From positions 24,306,001 through 24,370,000 of the forward strand of contig CM075988.1 in assembly GCA_038087875.1 (NCBI GenBank): DNA of 64,000 nucleotides. Direction: 5' to 3'. Origin of the DNA: Malacoraja senta (taxonomy: Eukaryota). The notes under the pieces are model-generated. The model had not been told where the DNA came from. It saw only the letters and a list, made by a program, of their open reading frames with translations, and did not search any database. A program made the translations under genes and the position numbers. Position 1 is the first letter of the stretch. Each line of letters begins with the position of its first letter. Shown here piece after piece: positions 1-11,870 of this stretch.

Positions 1-343
1 GTGATGATTTAATGTCACGCAGTAATTACCTTTCATGCTGATAGTAATTGAAGTTTTAATAGAAACGAAACGGCAGACGTAAAATTAATCCTCGCTGGGT
101 CGAATTCAGGTCAATCGCTTCGGCAATATTTTATCATATGACCCACTAATAGCTTGTTACATCAAACCGCGGAGACCCTCTCCAGATCTCGCTGCATTGA
201 AAACTGGGACATGTCTTGGTGACAAAGGACTTGTCATATTTTGAGGTGCGTTGAGAACGTCAGATCATCGCAGGCTAAGTGTAGATGAAGCCTATCACGA
301 GGTTTTAAAAGAAGAGGCCAACCTGCTTGTGAAGTCCGCGTAA

Positions 344-1147
344 GGGCGGCACGGCTACACAGCGGTAGAGCTGCTGTCTCACAGCGCCAGAGACACGGGT
401 TCGATCCTGACTTTGTACGTTCTCCCCGTGACCTGCGTGGGTTTTCTCCGAGATCTTCGGTTTCCTCTCACACTCCAAAGACGTACAGGTTTGTAGACTA
501 ATTGACTTGGTATAACTGTAAATTGTCCCTAGTGTGTAAAGGATAGTGTAAAGGGCCTGTCCCACGAGCATGCGACTGCATGCGGCAAGCACGACCTAAC
601 GTGGTCGCGCTAGCCGTGCGGCCTCGCGGGGCCGGTCCCACTTCGATCGCGGGAGCCGCATGGAGTTGTGCGGAGCTGGTCCCGACATCGCGCGGGGCTC
701 CGAAAAACTGACAGTGTTCAAAAATTCCGTGCGGCAAAGGCCTGCCGGCCCGCTGCCGCATGGTGGCCGCATGCACCGCCTCGACGCCGCACGCACCGCC
801 TCGACGCCGTACGCACCGTCCCGACGCCGTTCGCAGCGTCTTGACGCCGTACATCACGCGCGAACTTCCTGCGCACTTCGCGCGAACCTCACGTCACTCA
901 CTCGACCTCTGCGCGGCCCCCGCTTCTGGTTTGGCCGCGCTTGCCGCATGCAGTCGCATGCTGGGGGACCGGCCCTGTACGGGGATCACTCGACCTCCGC
1001 GCGGCCCCCGCTTCCGGTTTGGCCGCGCTTGCCGCATGCAGTCGCATGCTCGTGGGACAGGCCCTTTAGTGTGCTGGGATCGCTGGTCGATGCGGACTCA
1101 GTGAGCCGAAGGGCCCGTTTCCACGCTGTATCTCTAAGCTAAACTAG
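344..1147 (+). mobile_element. HE1-type tRNA-derived V-SINE, interrupted by a MITE at 552-1065
   Basis: tRNA-like head (GGCGGCACGG..GGTTCGATCC), V-SINE core (GTACGTTCTCCCCGTGACCTGCGTGGGTTTTCTCC); the 3' part resumes at ~1066 and ends in a CTAAA-type tail. Confidence 0.85.
552..1065. mobile_element. Non-autonomous PIF/Harbinger-type MITE
   Basis: Long TIR AGGGCCTGTCCCACGAGCATGCGACTGCATGCGGCAAGC; flanks TAA/TTA; internal ~20-bp tandem repeats and a duplicated right end. Confidence 0.8.
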
Positions 1148-1292
1148 ATGCAAATTGTCAAAGGATTCAGTTTCTCATATGATGGCTCTGAAGTCTTACA
1201 TTTTGTTCATCCTTGTGCCTTAAGAATTTTTCTAATATTCTCTCGCTTCAGAATTCATCTCCAAACCTGTGGATTGTGGAACTTGGGAGACG

Positions 1293-1652
1293 GACAATAG
1301 ACAATAGGCGTAGGAGTAGGCCATTCGGCCCTTCGAGCCAGCACCGCCATTCAATGTGATCATGGCTGATCATCGCCAATCAGTACCCCGTTCCTGCCTT
1401 CTCCCCATATCCCCTGACTCCTCTTTAACAGCCCAATCTAGCTCTCTCTTGAAAGTATCCAGAGAACCTGGCTCCACCGCCCTCTGAGGCAGAGAATTCC
1501 ACAGGCTCACAATTCTCTGTGAGAAAAAGTGTTTCCTCATCTCCATTCGATATGGCTTATCCCTTATTCTTAAACTGTAGCCCCTGGTTCTGGACTCCCC
1601 CAACATCGGGAACATGTTTCCTGCCTCTAGCGTGTCCAAACCCTTAATAATC
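1293..1652 (-). mobile_element. HER1/CR1 LINE 3' fragment
   Basis: Minus ORF 1370-1639 has CR1 ORF2 C-terminal motifs (TRGYSL, FFSQRIVSLWNSLP, FKRELD); short repeat tail. Confidence 0.9.
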
Positions 1653-1659
1653 TTTGCTT

Positions 1660-2520
1660 GGATTAAATATCACCAGCAACTTGTCCTGAACTAGTCATAT
1701 CGAAGCATTGGCCAAGAAAGCACACCAACGCCTCTACTTCCTTAGAAGACTTGGGATGTTCGGCATGTCCCCAACAACTCTCACCAACTTCTACAGATGC
1801 CGTAGAAATCATTTCATCGGGATGGATCATAGCTCGGTTTGGGAACAGCTCCATCCAGGGCCACAAGAAATTGCAGGGAATTGTGGACGCAGCCCAAACC
1901 ATCACACAAACCAACTTTCCTACCATTGACTCCATCTACACCTCAAGCTGCCTCGGCAAGGCCATCAGCATAATCAAGGACCCTCAGTCTCACTCCCTCT
2001 TTTCGCCCATCCCATCAGGCAAGAGGTACAGAAGTTTGAAAACGCATATCTCCAGATTCAGGGACAGTTTCTTCCCAGCTGATCTCATGCAACTGAACCA
2101 TCCTGGGTGTCAGAGGTTATGGGGAGAAGGCAGGAGAATTGGGTTAGGAGGGAGAGATAGATCAACCATGATTGAATGACGGAGTAGACTTGATGGGGCC
2201 CAATGGCCTAATTATGCTCCTATTACAGTACTTATGACCTCATGACCTTATAATCCTATCACCAGCTAGAGAACAGTCCTGAACAACCTCACTAGAGACC
2301 CTAGAACTATCTTTAGTTGGTCTTTGCTGGACATTATCTTGCACTAAACATTGTTCCCTTTATCCTGTACATGTACACTATGGGAGGCTTGCTTGTAATC
2401 ATATATAGTCTTTCCCCTAACTGAATAGCATGCAACAAAAAAGCTACCTGGTGATGTGTGCAATTAATGAGCTAAACTAAACTAAATTAAACTAGACTAA
2501 ACTAAACTAAACTAAAGCAA
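1660..2520 (+). mobile_element. Rex1/Babar-type LINE 3' fragment with an inserted CR1 tail (~2105-2250)
   Basis: KKAHQRLYFLRRL and RFRDSFFP motifs, frameshifted; (CTAAA)n tail. Confidence 0.75.
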
Positions 2521-3260
2521 ACTTCTGCACTTGAGCTGAGTGTGTTCATGATGGGAGATTTTTTTATGTACGTGGCTCCATAACACCCATCACCTTTGGA
2601 TGCAATTAAAAAATTGCCTGGTAGTGGCTACAAAGACAGCGCAGTCTTAACATATAGGCTGCAGCACATGCTGACATTTGAACAAATCAGCAAACTTTGT
2701 TCGGCATGGTTCAAGTAAGTCTCGTGCTTGTGTCAGGAGGAGCCGTGCGTGGCTTTTAGAAAGGGACTGACAAGGATTTTTTTTATTGGATTTTGTTCTG
2801 CAGAGGTTTGTGAGGCCAGTGTTTGGTGTCCATCTTAGAGTTTGGATCTGGAGTCACACGCAAGGCAGACAAGATGAGGATGGAAGTTTTCCATCCAGAA
2901 ACAAATGAAAGTAATCCATTACTTCTTCTTCTTTTCGTGTCCATCTTGTTACAAATGTTGGCCTCGCTGTCCTCGTCCGTCCTGAAAAGGACGCGAGCTT
3001 CCGGCGACAATCAGTGGAAGCCATCACTTGTCGTCGTAGATGATGGTGAGGGCAGAATTAGCTCAGGATACTTCCAGTTTCCAGCCCCGCGACGTGGAGG
3101 CTTCTGCTATGGGGCAATAGCCATTACTGAGAATAGAAGATAGAACATAGAATAGATCATAGAGTCATAGAGTGATGGAAACAGTGTGGAAACAGGCCCT
3201 TCGGCCCAACATGCCCACACCGGCCAACATGTCCCAGCTACACTAGTCTGGAAAAATCGA

Positions 3261-3380
3261 AAGTGGACAAAAAAATGCTGGAGAAACTCAGCGGGTGAGG
3301 CAGCATCTGTGGAGATTAGGAGTAGACGACGTTCCGGGTCGAGACCCTTCTTCAGACTGATACCCTTCTTCAGGCTGATC
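3261..3380 (-). mobile_element. Penelope-derived short element with mutated hammerhead motif
   Basis: Reverse complement reads CTGAAGAAGGGTCTCGACCCGGAACGTC followed by the family body. Confidence 0.7.
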
Positions 3381-4139
3381 TATCTTACTCTCTCAACCCC
3401 ATTCTCCTGCCTTCTACCCATAACCCCTGACACCCGTACTCATCAAATACCGTGGTGAGGAGCAAGAAGAAACTAATCTTCTTAGAAGTGGTGCATTTCC
3501 CCCTGACTAACAGAGCTGGCCAGCTTTTATTTGTGCACAGCATCTCCATTGATATGTTTGTGGAAGCCTCTGGCCTCACTGACTCCTCTCTGAAATGACT
3601 GGAAGGTTTAAGTTACTTACATCCCCTGGATCTATTTTTTAATTTCCTTTGAAGTAACGCTTTTCAATAAATTACTTCATTTCATTTAATATTTCATACG
3701 TGCAATATTAGGATTTGGAAAGTGCATTTTTAATTCAGATCTTGATTTAAACATTAAAATCTCTTTGCAAATCCCTGTGCCAGTCAGTCCTTTAATTACC
3801 AATCCAAAATTCAGTGTAAACAGAGGACCAACAGGGCCAGCCCACTAGTGATGTGAGCCCTCATCCTCAGAGTTACGCATTAGGTGTAATTGAATAATAT
3901 TTTATAAATGTGCAGCAGTGGTTAACTAGAATTCTTTGTTTGTGCGGGGAACCAGGTTTACACCTTTCATTAATTGGAAATAATTCCACGAAACTTCAAT
4001 TTATCTGAAAATACAGCAGACTGTAAATGGTAACATAAGATGGTGAAATGTTCTCCCACTCCTTTGCTCTAATTCCAAGTGCGAGCTTCAGTCTGCCTCT
4101 GCTTTTCCTGATAATTCGTGCAATTTACGTGCCAACAAC

Positions 4140-4592
4140 ACGCCAATAACGGAGCCCGCGCCTCGCGGGCTGGCCGAAGCTTCTCAAGTCGGCGAAGCCC
4201 GCGGTCGATGGAGTCTGGGTCAACGGAGCCCGGGGCCTGGGTCGGCATTGCAGAGGCGTCAGGAGGGGACCCGGTGGCGATGGCGGAGGAGGTCGGTGCA
4301 CTGGTCAGGGTCGGCGGTCAAGGACGGGCCACGTGGAAGTTGGGGGACATGCTGCCGGGAACAATGGAGGACCCAGTGTGGGGGGGGGCGCTGTGAGGGG
4401 GGGGGGAGGGGAGGGGAGGGGGACGGGAGGGGGAGGGGAGGGGGAGGGGGGAGAACAAGTGTGGTCTTGGCGTGGGATACTTTGTAACTTTGTCAGTGCC
4501 CTTTGCATGGTGACTATTTGCATACCTCGGTTATTGAAGCAAAGAATTTCACTGTGACTTGTCACATGTGAGAATAAAGTATTCAATTCAAA
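4140..4592 (+). mobile_element. GC-rich non-autonomous retroelement with Rex1-like tail
   Basis: Tail CAAAGAATTTCACTGTGACTTGTCACATGTGAGAATAAAGTATTCAATTCAA resembles the tail at ~34520-34580. Confidence 0.55.
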
Positions 4593-4619
4593 TGGATCAC
4601 CTATTTTTCCCTAACCTTT

Positions 4620-5975
4620 ATGATTGGTAAAAATCAGGGTACATGATCGGGTAAGCTATGGTATAATGCTCCACATGATTTACACGCAGGATAGCAGATA
4701 CTGAGGAGAAAGCTCGAGTCAAAATCTAATTGAATAGTTCTAGTGATTTATATGGAGAATAACAAATAAAGAGTGAGTTACAAGCTGGAATTTAACCAAA
4801 AGATTTGTGTGATTTATATATGGTATACCAAACGTGCTGGATTGATTTACAATTGTGGACTTCAGATGGTTTGTATATACAATAGCATAAACCCTGTCGT
4901 GAAGCACAGACTCAAATCTCATCAAAGAATTCGCACGGTTTATATGTAGGATAACATACACCTGGGAGTGAAGTACAAAATGAAATGCATTTAAATGGTT
5001 TGATTGAGTTGTATATAGAGAATAACATATACCTGGAGTGTGAAGGACTCTAAACAAACATGCCGGTGATTTATAGAGAAAAGAGAGACTGCAGATGCTG
5101 GAATCTGGAGCAAAACGACAACTGCTGGAAAAACTCAGTGGTCAAGCAGCATCTGTGGAGGTAAAGGTCTGGTCGACATTTTGGATTGAGACCCTGCCTT
5201 TATGTCGGGAGTGCTGAGGGAAAAATAGCCAGTGTAAAGAGCTATGATAGAGGGAAGAGACAGGGGCTGGTAGGTGAAAGTTGGAACTGGTAGAAATGAA
5301 TATACAAATTATTAATATAAAAATGATGCAATAAGTTGGTGTGATTGCCAGACTGGAAGCCAATGAAGAGGTGTGGGTGCATAACACATCCCGAAGTGTG
5401 AATTCAAGGCTGGAATCTAATTGAGTATTTGCTTTCTATATAGGATAACGTATTCCCAGGAATGAATTAAAATCGGTGTGCTCAGCGTATGGAATAACAT
5501 ATACATTTGTTTGAATTTACAGATTGGATCTATGATTATTTTGAATATTTTCAAAGAATTATAATAATTCACGTAGTTAGTGCAGCTTTTCTCCCAGACA
5601 TTTGTGACCTTTGCAAACCATCACAATTAATAAAAGTAAATAGTACTTTTCCACGATTACGTCTGCCATATCTGCAATTCAGCCCTAGTTTTCCAAAGTT
5701 CATCCATGTAATTTAAGTGCAGCTTATTTAAACTTAGGAAAGCATATACCCAGGAGCAAACTGCAAGCTGTAATCAAATCGAATAGTTCATGCTGTTAAT
5801 ATATAGAACAGTGAGTAGCTGGATGAATCACAGTCTGGAATCTAATTGATGAGTTTGGGTGTTATAAGATGTACAAAAACAGATAGCCTGGGATGAATTA
5901 CTAACTGGAATCTAATTGAAGGATGTAGCTGATATATATATTAGAATGGCAGATATATTCACAAGCTGTAAGTAA
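4620..5975. repeat. Degenerate ~65-70 bp tandem array interrupted by an old Penelope-derived element (~5085-5380)
   Basis: CTGGAATCTAATTGA at 5410, 5835 and 5905, with variants at 4722, 4784 and 5768; recurring ATAACATA(T/C)ACCTGG motifs. Confidence 0.65.
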
Positions 5976-6164
5976 AATAGAACTGCAGTTCGTAGCTACT
6001 GTCAGATACAATCAACGTCTGTGACCTAGTCTAATACCAATTGTGTTCCATAATAAATTACATTTGTTCATTGAGTGGAAGGTTTATTCAGCGGTGGCCA
6101 TTGCCTGCTCTGGTAGATTGTGCCCCTATAATCCACATCTACATCTACAGTAACATTAGATGGC

Positions 6165-6178
6165 GTTGCCATGGTAAC
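6165..6178. promoter_or_regulatory. RFX X-box motif
   Basis: GTTGCCATGGTAAC with flanking C/G matches GTNRCC-N0-3-RGYAAC, in non-repeat DNA. Confidence 0.5.
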
Positions 6179-6583
6179 GTGCCTTTATAATGCAATTTCC
6201 TCCTTCGAGCAATGGGACACCGTGAGCACTTGGTAGGAAAATGACAATACTGAATGTGTCTGTCCTTTCATGTCGTTTTATTGAGCTGCAAGAATTAGAA
6301 ATACATGGCAAGCTATCTTGAAATGATATGCTCTTCAGTATCTGTCTAAAGATCCCAGGTATCATATTGCCAGCAATCGAACCTGGTCCCTTCACACTGA
6401 AGCAGTGATTAACTTATATATATTCACAATATATTCACTTCCATAGGCATCCAAGAGGATTCGGCATGTCCACAAGGATTTTCTTGAACTTCTACGGAAA
6501 TGCTACAGAAAGTATTCGCAGTCGGAAGAGTAAAGGGTGTCTGATCAGATATATCAAGGTACTTCTTGGTTTCTCCTAACCAA

Positions 6584-6900
6584 GCACGGCGGCGCAGCGG
6601 TAGAGTTGCTGCCTTCCAGCGAATGCAGCGCCAGAGACCCGGGTTCGATCCTGACTACGGGTGCTGCCTGTACGGAGTTTGCACGTTCTCCCCGTGACCT
6701 GCGTGGGTTTTCTCCGAGATCTTCGGTTTCCTCCCACACTCCACAGACGTACAGGTTTGTTGGTTAATTGGCTTGGTAAATGTAAATATTGTCCCCAGTG
6801 GGTGTAAGATAGTGTTAATGTGTACGGGGATCGCTGGTCGGCGCGGACTCGGTGGGCCGAAGGGCCTGTTTCCGCGCTGTATCTCTAAACTAAACTAAAC
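6584..6900 (+). mobile_element. HE1-type V-SINE
   Basis: Near full-length: tRNA-like head, core, (CTAAA)n tail. Confidence 0.9.
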
Positions 6901-7039
6901 CTGTTTCTGGCCAGTCTTTTACCTCAATTTTACAGATGCATGGTTGATGCCCACCTGAATCTTGTTCTTACAACACTCCCACTTTACTCCCAACTTACTC
7001 ATATGACATTTGTCTGATCACATGGAAATGTTCAATTGA

Positions 7040-7565
7040 GAACATCGTGTCATGGTGTCAGGACAACAACATAGTCCTTAATTTCAGCAATACAAATGAG
7101 ATGGTGGTGGACCTAAGGAGGCTGGAGAAGGGAAGTGAAGGTGAACACCAGCCTGTCCTCATCAATGGAGGTGCTGTGGAGCTTGAAGTTCCTAGGCATC
7201 TATATCACCACCATCTAACCTGGTCCCTTCACGCTGAAACGGTGATCAAGAAAGCGCATCAAAGTATTTACTTTCTAGGGCATCTAAGAAGATTCAACAT
7301 GTCCACAAGGATTCTTTCTACAGGTGCATCTCAGCCAGGTATGGCAACTGGTCACCTGATGACCGCCTTATTCTGTAGAGAGTGTTCAACACAGGTTTGT
7401 CACTTCCTTCTTTGTGGCGTGTTGCGTCAGGAAGGCTGGAGTAACGTCAAGGATGCCTGCTACCCTGGCCAATCGCTTTCTCTCTTCTGCTGAGAGAAGG
7501 TACAGAAGTTTGAAAGCCCAGACATCGCATATCTTCTTTCCCAGTGCAATCAGACTCCTGAACTA
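7040..7565 (+). mobile_element. Old Rex1/Babar-type LINE RT C-terminal fragment
   Basis: WCQDNNIVLNFSNTNEMVVDLRR, LTWSLH and KKAHQSIYFL motifs. Confidence 0.75.
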
Positions 7566-7965
7566 ATCACCTTAATTGGCTTGGTATAATTGTAAAATTG
7601 GCCCCAGTGTGTAGGATAGTGTTAGTGTACGTGGTGATCGCTGGTGCAGACTAGATGGGCTGAAATGCCTGTTTCCATGCTGTAGCTAAACTAAATTAAA
7701 ACAAAACTCAGATTGATTTGCAATCTTGCACCACTATGCTGTTTTACACTCATCATTTTATTTATTGTTGTATTTATCATTACTGTAGATGGACACTGTT
7801 CACTCAGTGAGCTTCATGTGAAAAATAAATTACGTTGCACTCTGGTGTAGATTTCAACCTGAAACTAAATCTCCTTGTACCCACCTTGTAGATGAAGAAC
7901 AGACATGGGCTTTCACCCTAAAACCACTCGTCAATGAATTCAAGCAAAGTTACCCCAACAATTGG

Positions 7966-8061
7966 GGTCTGAAGAAGGGTTTCGGCCCAAAACGTTGCCT
8001 ATTTCCTTTGCTCCATAGATGCTGCTGCACCCGCTGAGTTTCTCCAGCTTTTTTGTGTACC
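7966..8061 (+). mobile_element. 96-bp Penelope-derived hammerhead unit with 16-bp TSD
   Basis: TTACCCCAACAATTGG duplicated at 7950-7965 and 8062-8077; insert starts GGTCTGAAGAAGGGTTTCGGCCC(A)AAACGTT, with core G12 mutated. Confidence 0.8.
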
Positions 8062-8319
8062 TTACCCCAACAATTGGTATTACTAAGCCCAGCAATAGAT
8101 TAGCTTACTTCAGTTTGGTTTAGATTAGCTTAGATTGGCGCCATGTTGGACTAACAGATGTTCACCTAGCTCCGCTCCCGAAAAATTTCACGATTTTTCG
8201 TGTAAAACGGGTCCATAAATCGGGACCGGATTAAAAAACCTTACCGGAGCTTCTGGTCGCCGGGCTGATGACGTCATCATTAAGCGCGATGTTTTAAACG
8301 GTGGTTTAAAGCCCTTTAA

Positions 8320-9384
8320 ATGAGTAAACTGTCTCCAGCTAAGAGCCCTCAGAGATCAGTGACAAAGCTGCTGAGAAACCAGAAGAAGCCTGAAGGAGAA
8401 GTTACCTCTGAAGTTTCTGAAGTGGCTGCAGAAATGGATACAAGATCTAAGACAGAGTTTGGTAAGGACAAAGATGTTGATGATTTGAAGAAATCAGTGA
8501 AAGATATGAAAAATGAAATTATGGATGAAAATAAAACTCTGATGGGAAATATGATGGAAAAAATTGAAAAGATGAAGGATTCAAATGCTGGTAATCAGAA
8601 GGTGGCTGATTCACTGGACACTATAAATAAACGAATTGAGCATGTGAAAGATGGACTATCGGAGAGAATGGACAAGATGGATGAAACTACTACGGACAAG
8701 TTCACGGCTGTGCTTGAAACAGTAGCTGCAAGTATGCGCACAATTACGGAATTGGAGAAAAATATGGTTCGAGTGGTTGAAGACATGGCGAAAATGAGGC
8801 AAGAGCATGAGCAAATGAAGCAAGAAAATGAACAAACTTCACTACAGATGGTGACTCAACTGGGGAAAGTCTCAGACAAATGCCTGGACCTGGAAGCTCG
8901 CTCTAGACGCCAGAATTTGAGAATTCTTGGAGTCTCAGAGGGAGCCGAGGGGGAGGATGTGCGTGAGTTTGCCATGGGCTTACTTAAACAACTGCTTAAT
9001 CTTTCCAAAGAACCGAAAATCGAAGTGGCTCATCGTGTTCCAAGATTTAAACAAAGATCTGGTGCGGGAAAAATTCATCCACGACATATTATTGTGAAAT
9101 TTCGGGATATTTTAGAACTGGAAGATGTTAAGAGCAAAATCAAATACGGTGTGCAGCTGCGGATGAACAAGGACATTATTAAGATATTCAGGGACTACCC
9201 GTATGAAATTGTGCAAAAAAGAAACAAATTCGAGAAGGTTAAGGATCTTTTAAGAGGGAAAGAAGGAATCAGATATGGAATTTTTTATCCAGCTAAAATG
9301 CGTATCTCTTTTAAGGGTTCTGAAAAGTCATTTGTAAACCCCGAAGATGCGTTCAAATATGCCCAAACTATCGTTGAAAAATAG
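8320..9384 (+). CDS. L1-type ORF1p (coiled coil, RRM, CTD), intact 354 aa
   Basis: DLEARSRRQNLRILGVSEG, IEVAHRV, PRHIIVKF, IFRDYP and YPAKMRI motifs; N-terminal coiled coil. Confidence 0.9.
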   Translation: MSKLSPAKSPQRSVTKLLRNQKKPEGEVTSEVSEVAAEMDTRSKTEFGKDKDVDDLKKSVKDMKNEIMDENKTLMGNMMEKIEKMKDSNAGNQKVADSLDTINKRIEHVKDGLSERMDKMDETTTDKFTAVLETVAASMRTITELEKNMVRVVEDMAKMRQEHEQMKQENEQTSLQMVTQLGKVSDKCLDLEARSRRQNLRILGVSEGAEGEDVREFAMGLLKQLLNLSKEPKIEVAHRVPRFKQRSGAGKIHPRHIIVKFRDILELEDVKSKIKYGVQLRMNKDIIKIFRDYPYEIVQKRNKFEKVKDLLRGKEGIRYGIFYPAKMRISFKGSEKSFVNPEDAFKYAQTIVEK

Positions 9385-10118
9385 AAATTAAATGGGAGTT
9401 TGGCAGATCTGAACCATTCTAAGCAATGATTTGTCTGGGGATAGCTAGACTGTTATCTATGGAATTTGGAATCAAGGACACTTTCTGTTCAAAATGAGTA
9501 AACAGCTGAACAGACGGGAATGGTATATACCAGAAGCATTTATTTGTTTATTAGATTATAATATTAAAACCAATTGTAAGAATTTATCCTATTAATAACT
9601 TTTACTCATGTTAGATTAGAATACTAACAAAAATAAAAATAAAAATAAATAATGAACTAACATACTAATATGAATTTTTAATAAATTGAAACCTTATCTA
9701 TAAGTGGGAGGAAGGGATGAGAAACGAGCACCTGGCTTAGGTCCAGGGGCACGTATCGTTAACCCCTTCAACCAACAGTTGATTATTATTGAAGTCAAAA
9801 GTATCTGTTTAATAATTAGTAGCTAAAATTACGATACATACATGATATGTTATAATGAAATATATAGGGTAAAATGGTATTATATATCTGAATGTGAGGC
9901 CCCGTTTTAATATTTTAATATGTTATGATTAAGTAAGAGAGCGGAGCTATTTGTTTAACATCACAATGGAAGTCGAAACTAGTTTTTTTCCCACCTACAG
10001 GTGGGACACTCGCTACAGTGCCGATTATATTAGACACTGTATTTTCACTTTTTTAGTTTTTTTTTTATTACCACATAAACTCACATATTTGTGTTTTGTG
10101 TTTAGTGATCAACGTAAA

Positions 10119-11870
10119 ATGGATATACTGGATTGGATTGTAATGGAGAAAGAGGATTGCTCCTCCGGAAACATTGGAGCGATCCTCCTCTCACCAATGA
10201 AACTGAATAATATAAATTATAATAAGAACCCAATTATCCATACTACAATCCGAATTTGGAAACAAATAAAACAAAATTTAAAATTAAGAAATTTATCACT
10301 ATTATCTCCCATAGTTAATAACCCTTTGTTTAATCCCTCTATTATAGATAAATCTTTTATACATTGGGATAGACTAGGAATTAAAACGCTTGGTGACCTG
10401 TATGAAACTGGAAAATTACTTTCATTTCAACAATTACAAATAAAATATAAACTCGGAAATAATCAATATTTTAAATATTTTCAAATATGCGACTATTTGA
10501 AAAAATATACAAAAGATCATTATAATAGCCCAGCAGATGTATTGGATGAGGCAACGCAGATAAAAGCTGAATCAGCAAACTTAATATCATATTTGTATAA
10601 TATTATCTTAAATGTAGAAATACCATCTACGGAGGGTATCAGAAGAGACTGGGAACAAGAGTTAGCTATTAAAATTTCAAAGGAAAGGTGGAATGAACAC
10701 TTTTTAAACGTGCATAAATGTTTGATTAATGTAAGACACACTTTAATACAATTAAAAATTTTACATAGATTATATTATTCCAAACTAAAATCCATAAAAT
10801 TTTCCCAAATGTATCATCCATTTGTGATAAATGTCAATCCCAAGAAGCTACTATAGCGCACTCATTTGTTTTCTGTACAAAAATTCAAAAATTTTGGAAT
10901 GAAATTTTCGAAATCTTTACAAAATTATTTAAAATAAAACTGATACCCAAAGCAGAATGGATTATCTTCGGAACAACGGAAGATGGTCCAGAACTAAATG
11001 TGTTTCAAAAGAAACTAATAGACTATTGGTTAATAACTGGAAAAAAGCTAATCCTAAAATTTTGGAAGAAGGCTCCAATACCAACTAGAAACATAGAAAC
11101 ATAGAAATTAGGTGCAGGAGTAGGCATTCGGCCCTTCGAGCCTGCACTGCCATTCAATATGATCATGGCTGATCATCCAACTCAGTATCCCATACCTGCC
11201 TTCTCTCCATACCCTCTGATCCCTTTAGCCACAAGGGCCACATCTAACTCCCTCTTAAATATAGCCAATGAACTGGCCTCGACTACCCTCTGTGGCAGAG
11301 AGTTCCAGAGATTCACCACTCTCTGTGTGAAAAAAGTTCTTCTCATCTCGGTTTTAAAGGATTTCCCCCTTATCCTTAAGCTGTGACCCCTTGTCCTGGA
11401 CTTCCCCAACATCGGGAGCAATCTTCCTGCATCTAGCCTGTCCAACCCCTTAAGAATTTTGTAAGTTTCTATAAGATCCCCTCTCAATCTCCTAAATTCT
11501 AGAGAGTATAAACCAAGTCCATCCAGTCTTTCTTCATAAGACAGTCCTGACATCCCAGGAATCAGTCTGGTGAACCTTCTCTGCACTCCCTCTATGGCAA
11601 TAATGTCCTTCCTCAGATTTGGAGACCAAAACTGTACGCAATACTCCAGGTGTGGTCTCCCCAAGACCCTGTTCAACTGCAGTAGAACCTCCCTGCTCCT
11701 ATACTCAAATCCTTTTGCTATGAAAGCTAACATGTGGATTTCAAATATGTTCAAAACATTACACCTAGAAGAGATAAGACTCCTCCTGGCAGGTAAACCA
11801 GATCACTTCCATCTGACGTGGTCTGCATTTATAGAATTATTACAAATATAGGATGCAAAGGTAACTTAAA
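10119..11870 (+). pseudogene. L1 ORF2 C-terminal remnant, frameshifted near 10790 and split by a CR1 insertion
   Basis: QLKILHRLY, then CDKCQSQEATIAHSFVFC (CCHC) in a shifted frame; resumes as MWISNMF after 11732; no EN or RT motifs. Confidence 0.8.
11086..11733 (-). mobile_element. 5'-truncated HER1/CR1 LINE inserted into L1 ORF2
   Basis: ORF 11182-11754: RPHLEYCVQFWSP, VQRRFTRLIPG, TRGHSL; (TTTCTATG)n tail on the minus strand. Confidence 0.92.

Noticed and set aside
1..45. C/D-box snoRNA (GTGATGA..CTGA)
   Set aside because: Boxes are too close together, it sits at the window edge, and no terminal stem is visible
498..1142. R/A/P-rich ORFs over the first MITE and other GC-rich repeats
   Set aside because: Stop-poor GC-rich repeat sequence with no domain motifs
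2658..2714. Candidate 57-nt exon (LQHMLTFEQISKLCSAWF) with a GTAAGT donor
   Set aside because: The acceptor lacks a polypyrimidine tract and there is no other support
4620..5975. CRISPR-like array
   Set aside because: Units are degenerate along their whole length with no constant repeat plus unique spacer, no cas genes, and a vertebrate context
6584..6660. tRNA genes at SINE heads
   Set aside because: A/B boxes continue into the V-SINE core; no complete cloverleaf or terminator
9951..10118. N-terminal part of the 301-aa ORF as real protein
   Set aside because: T-rich inter-ORF spacer read from a non-ATG start
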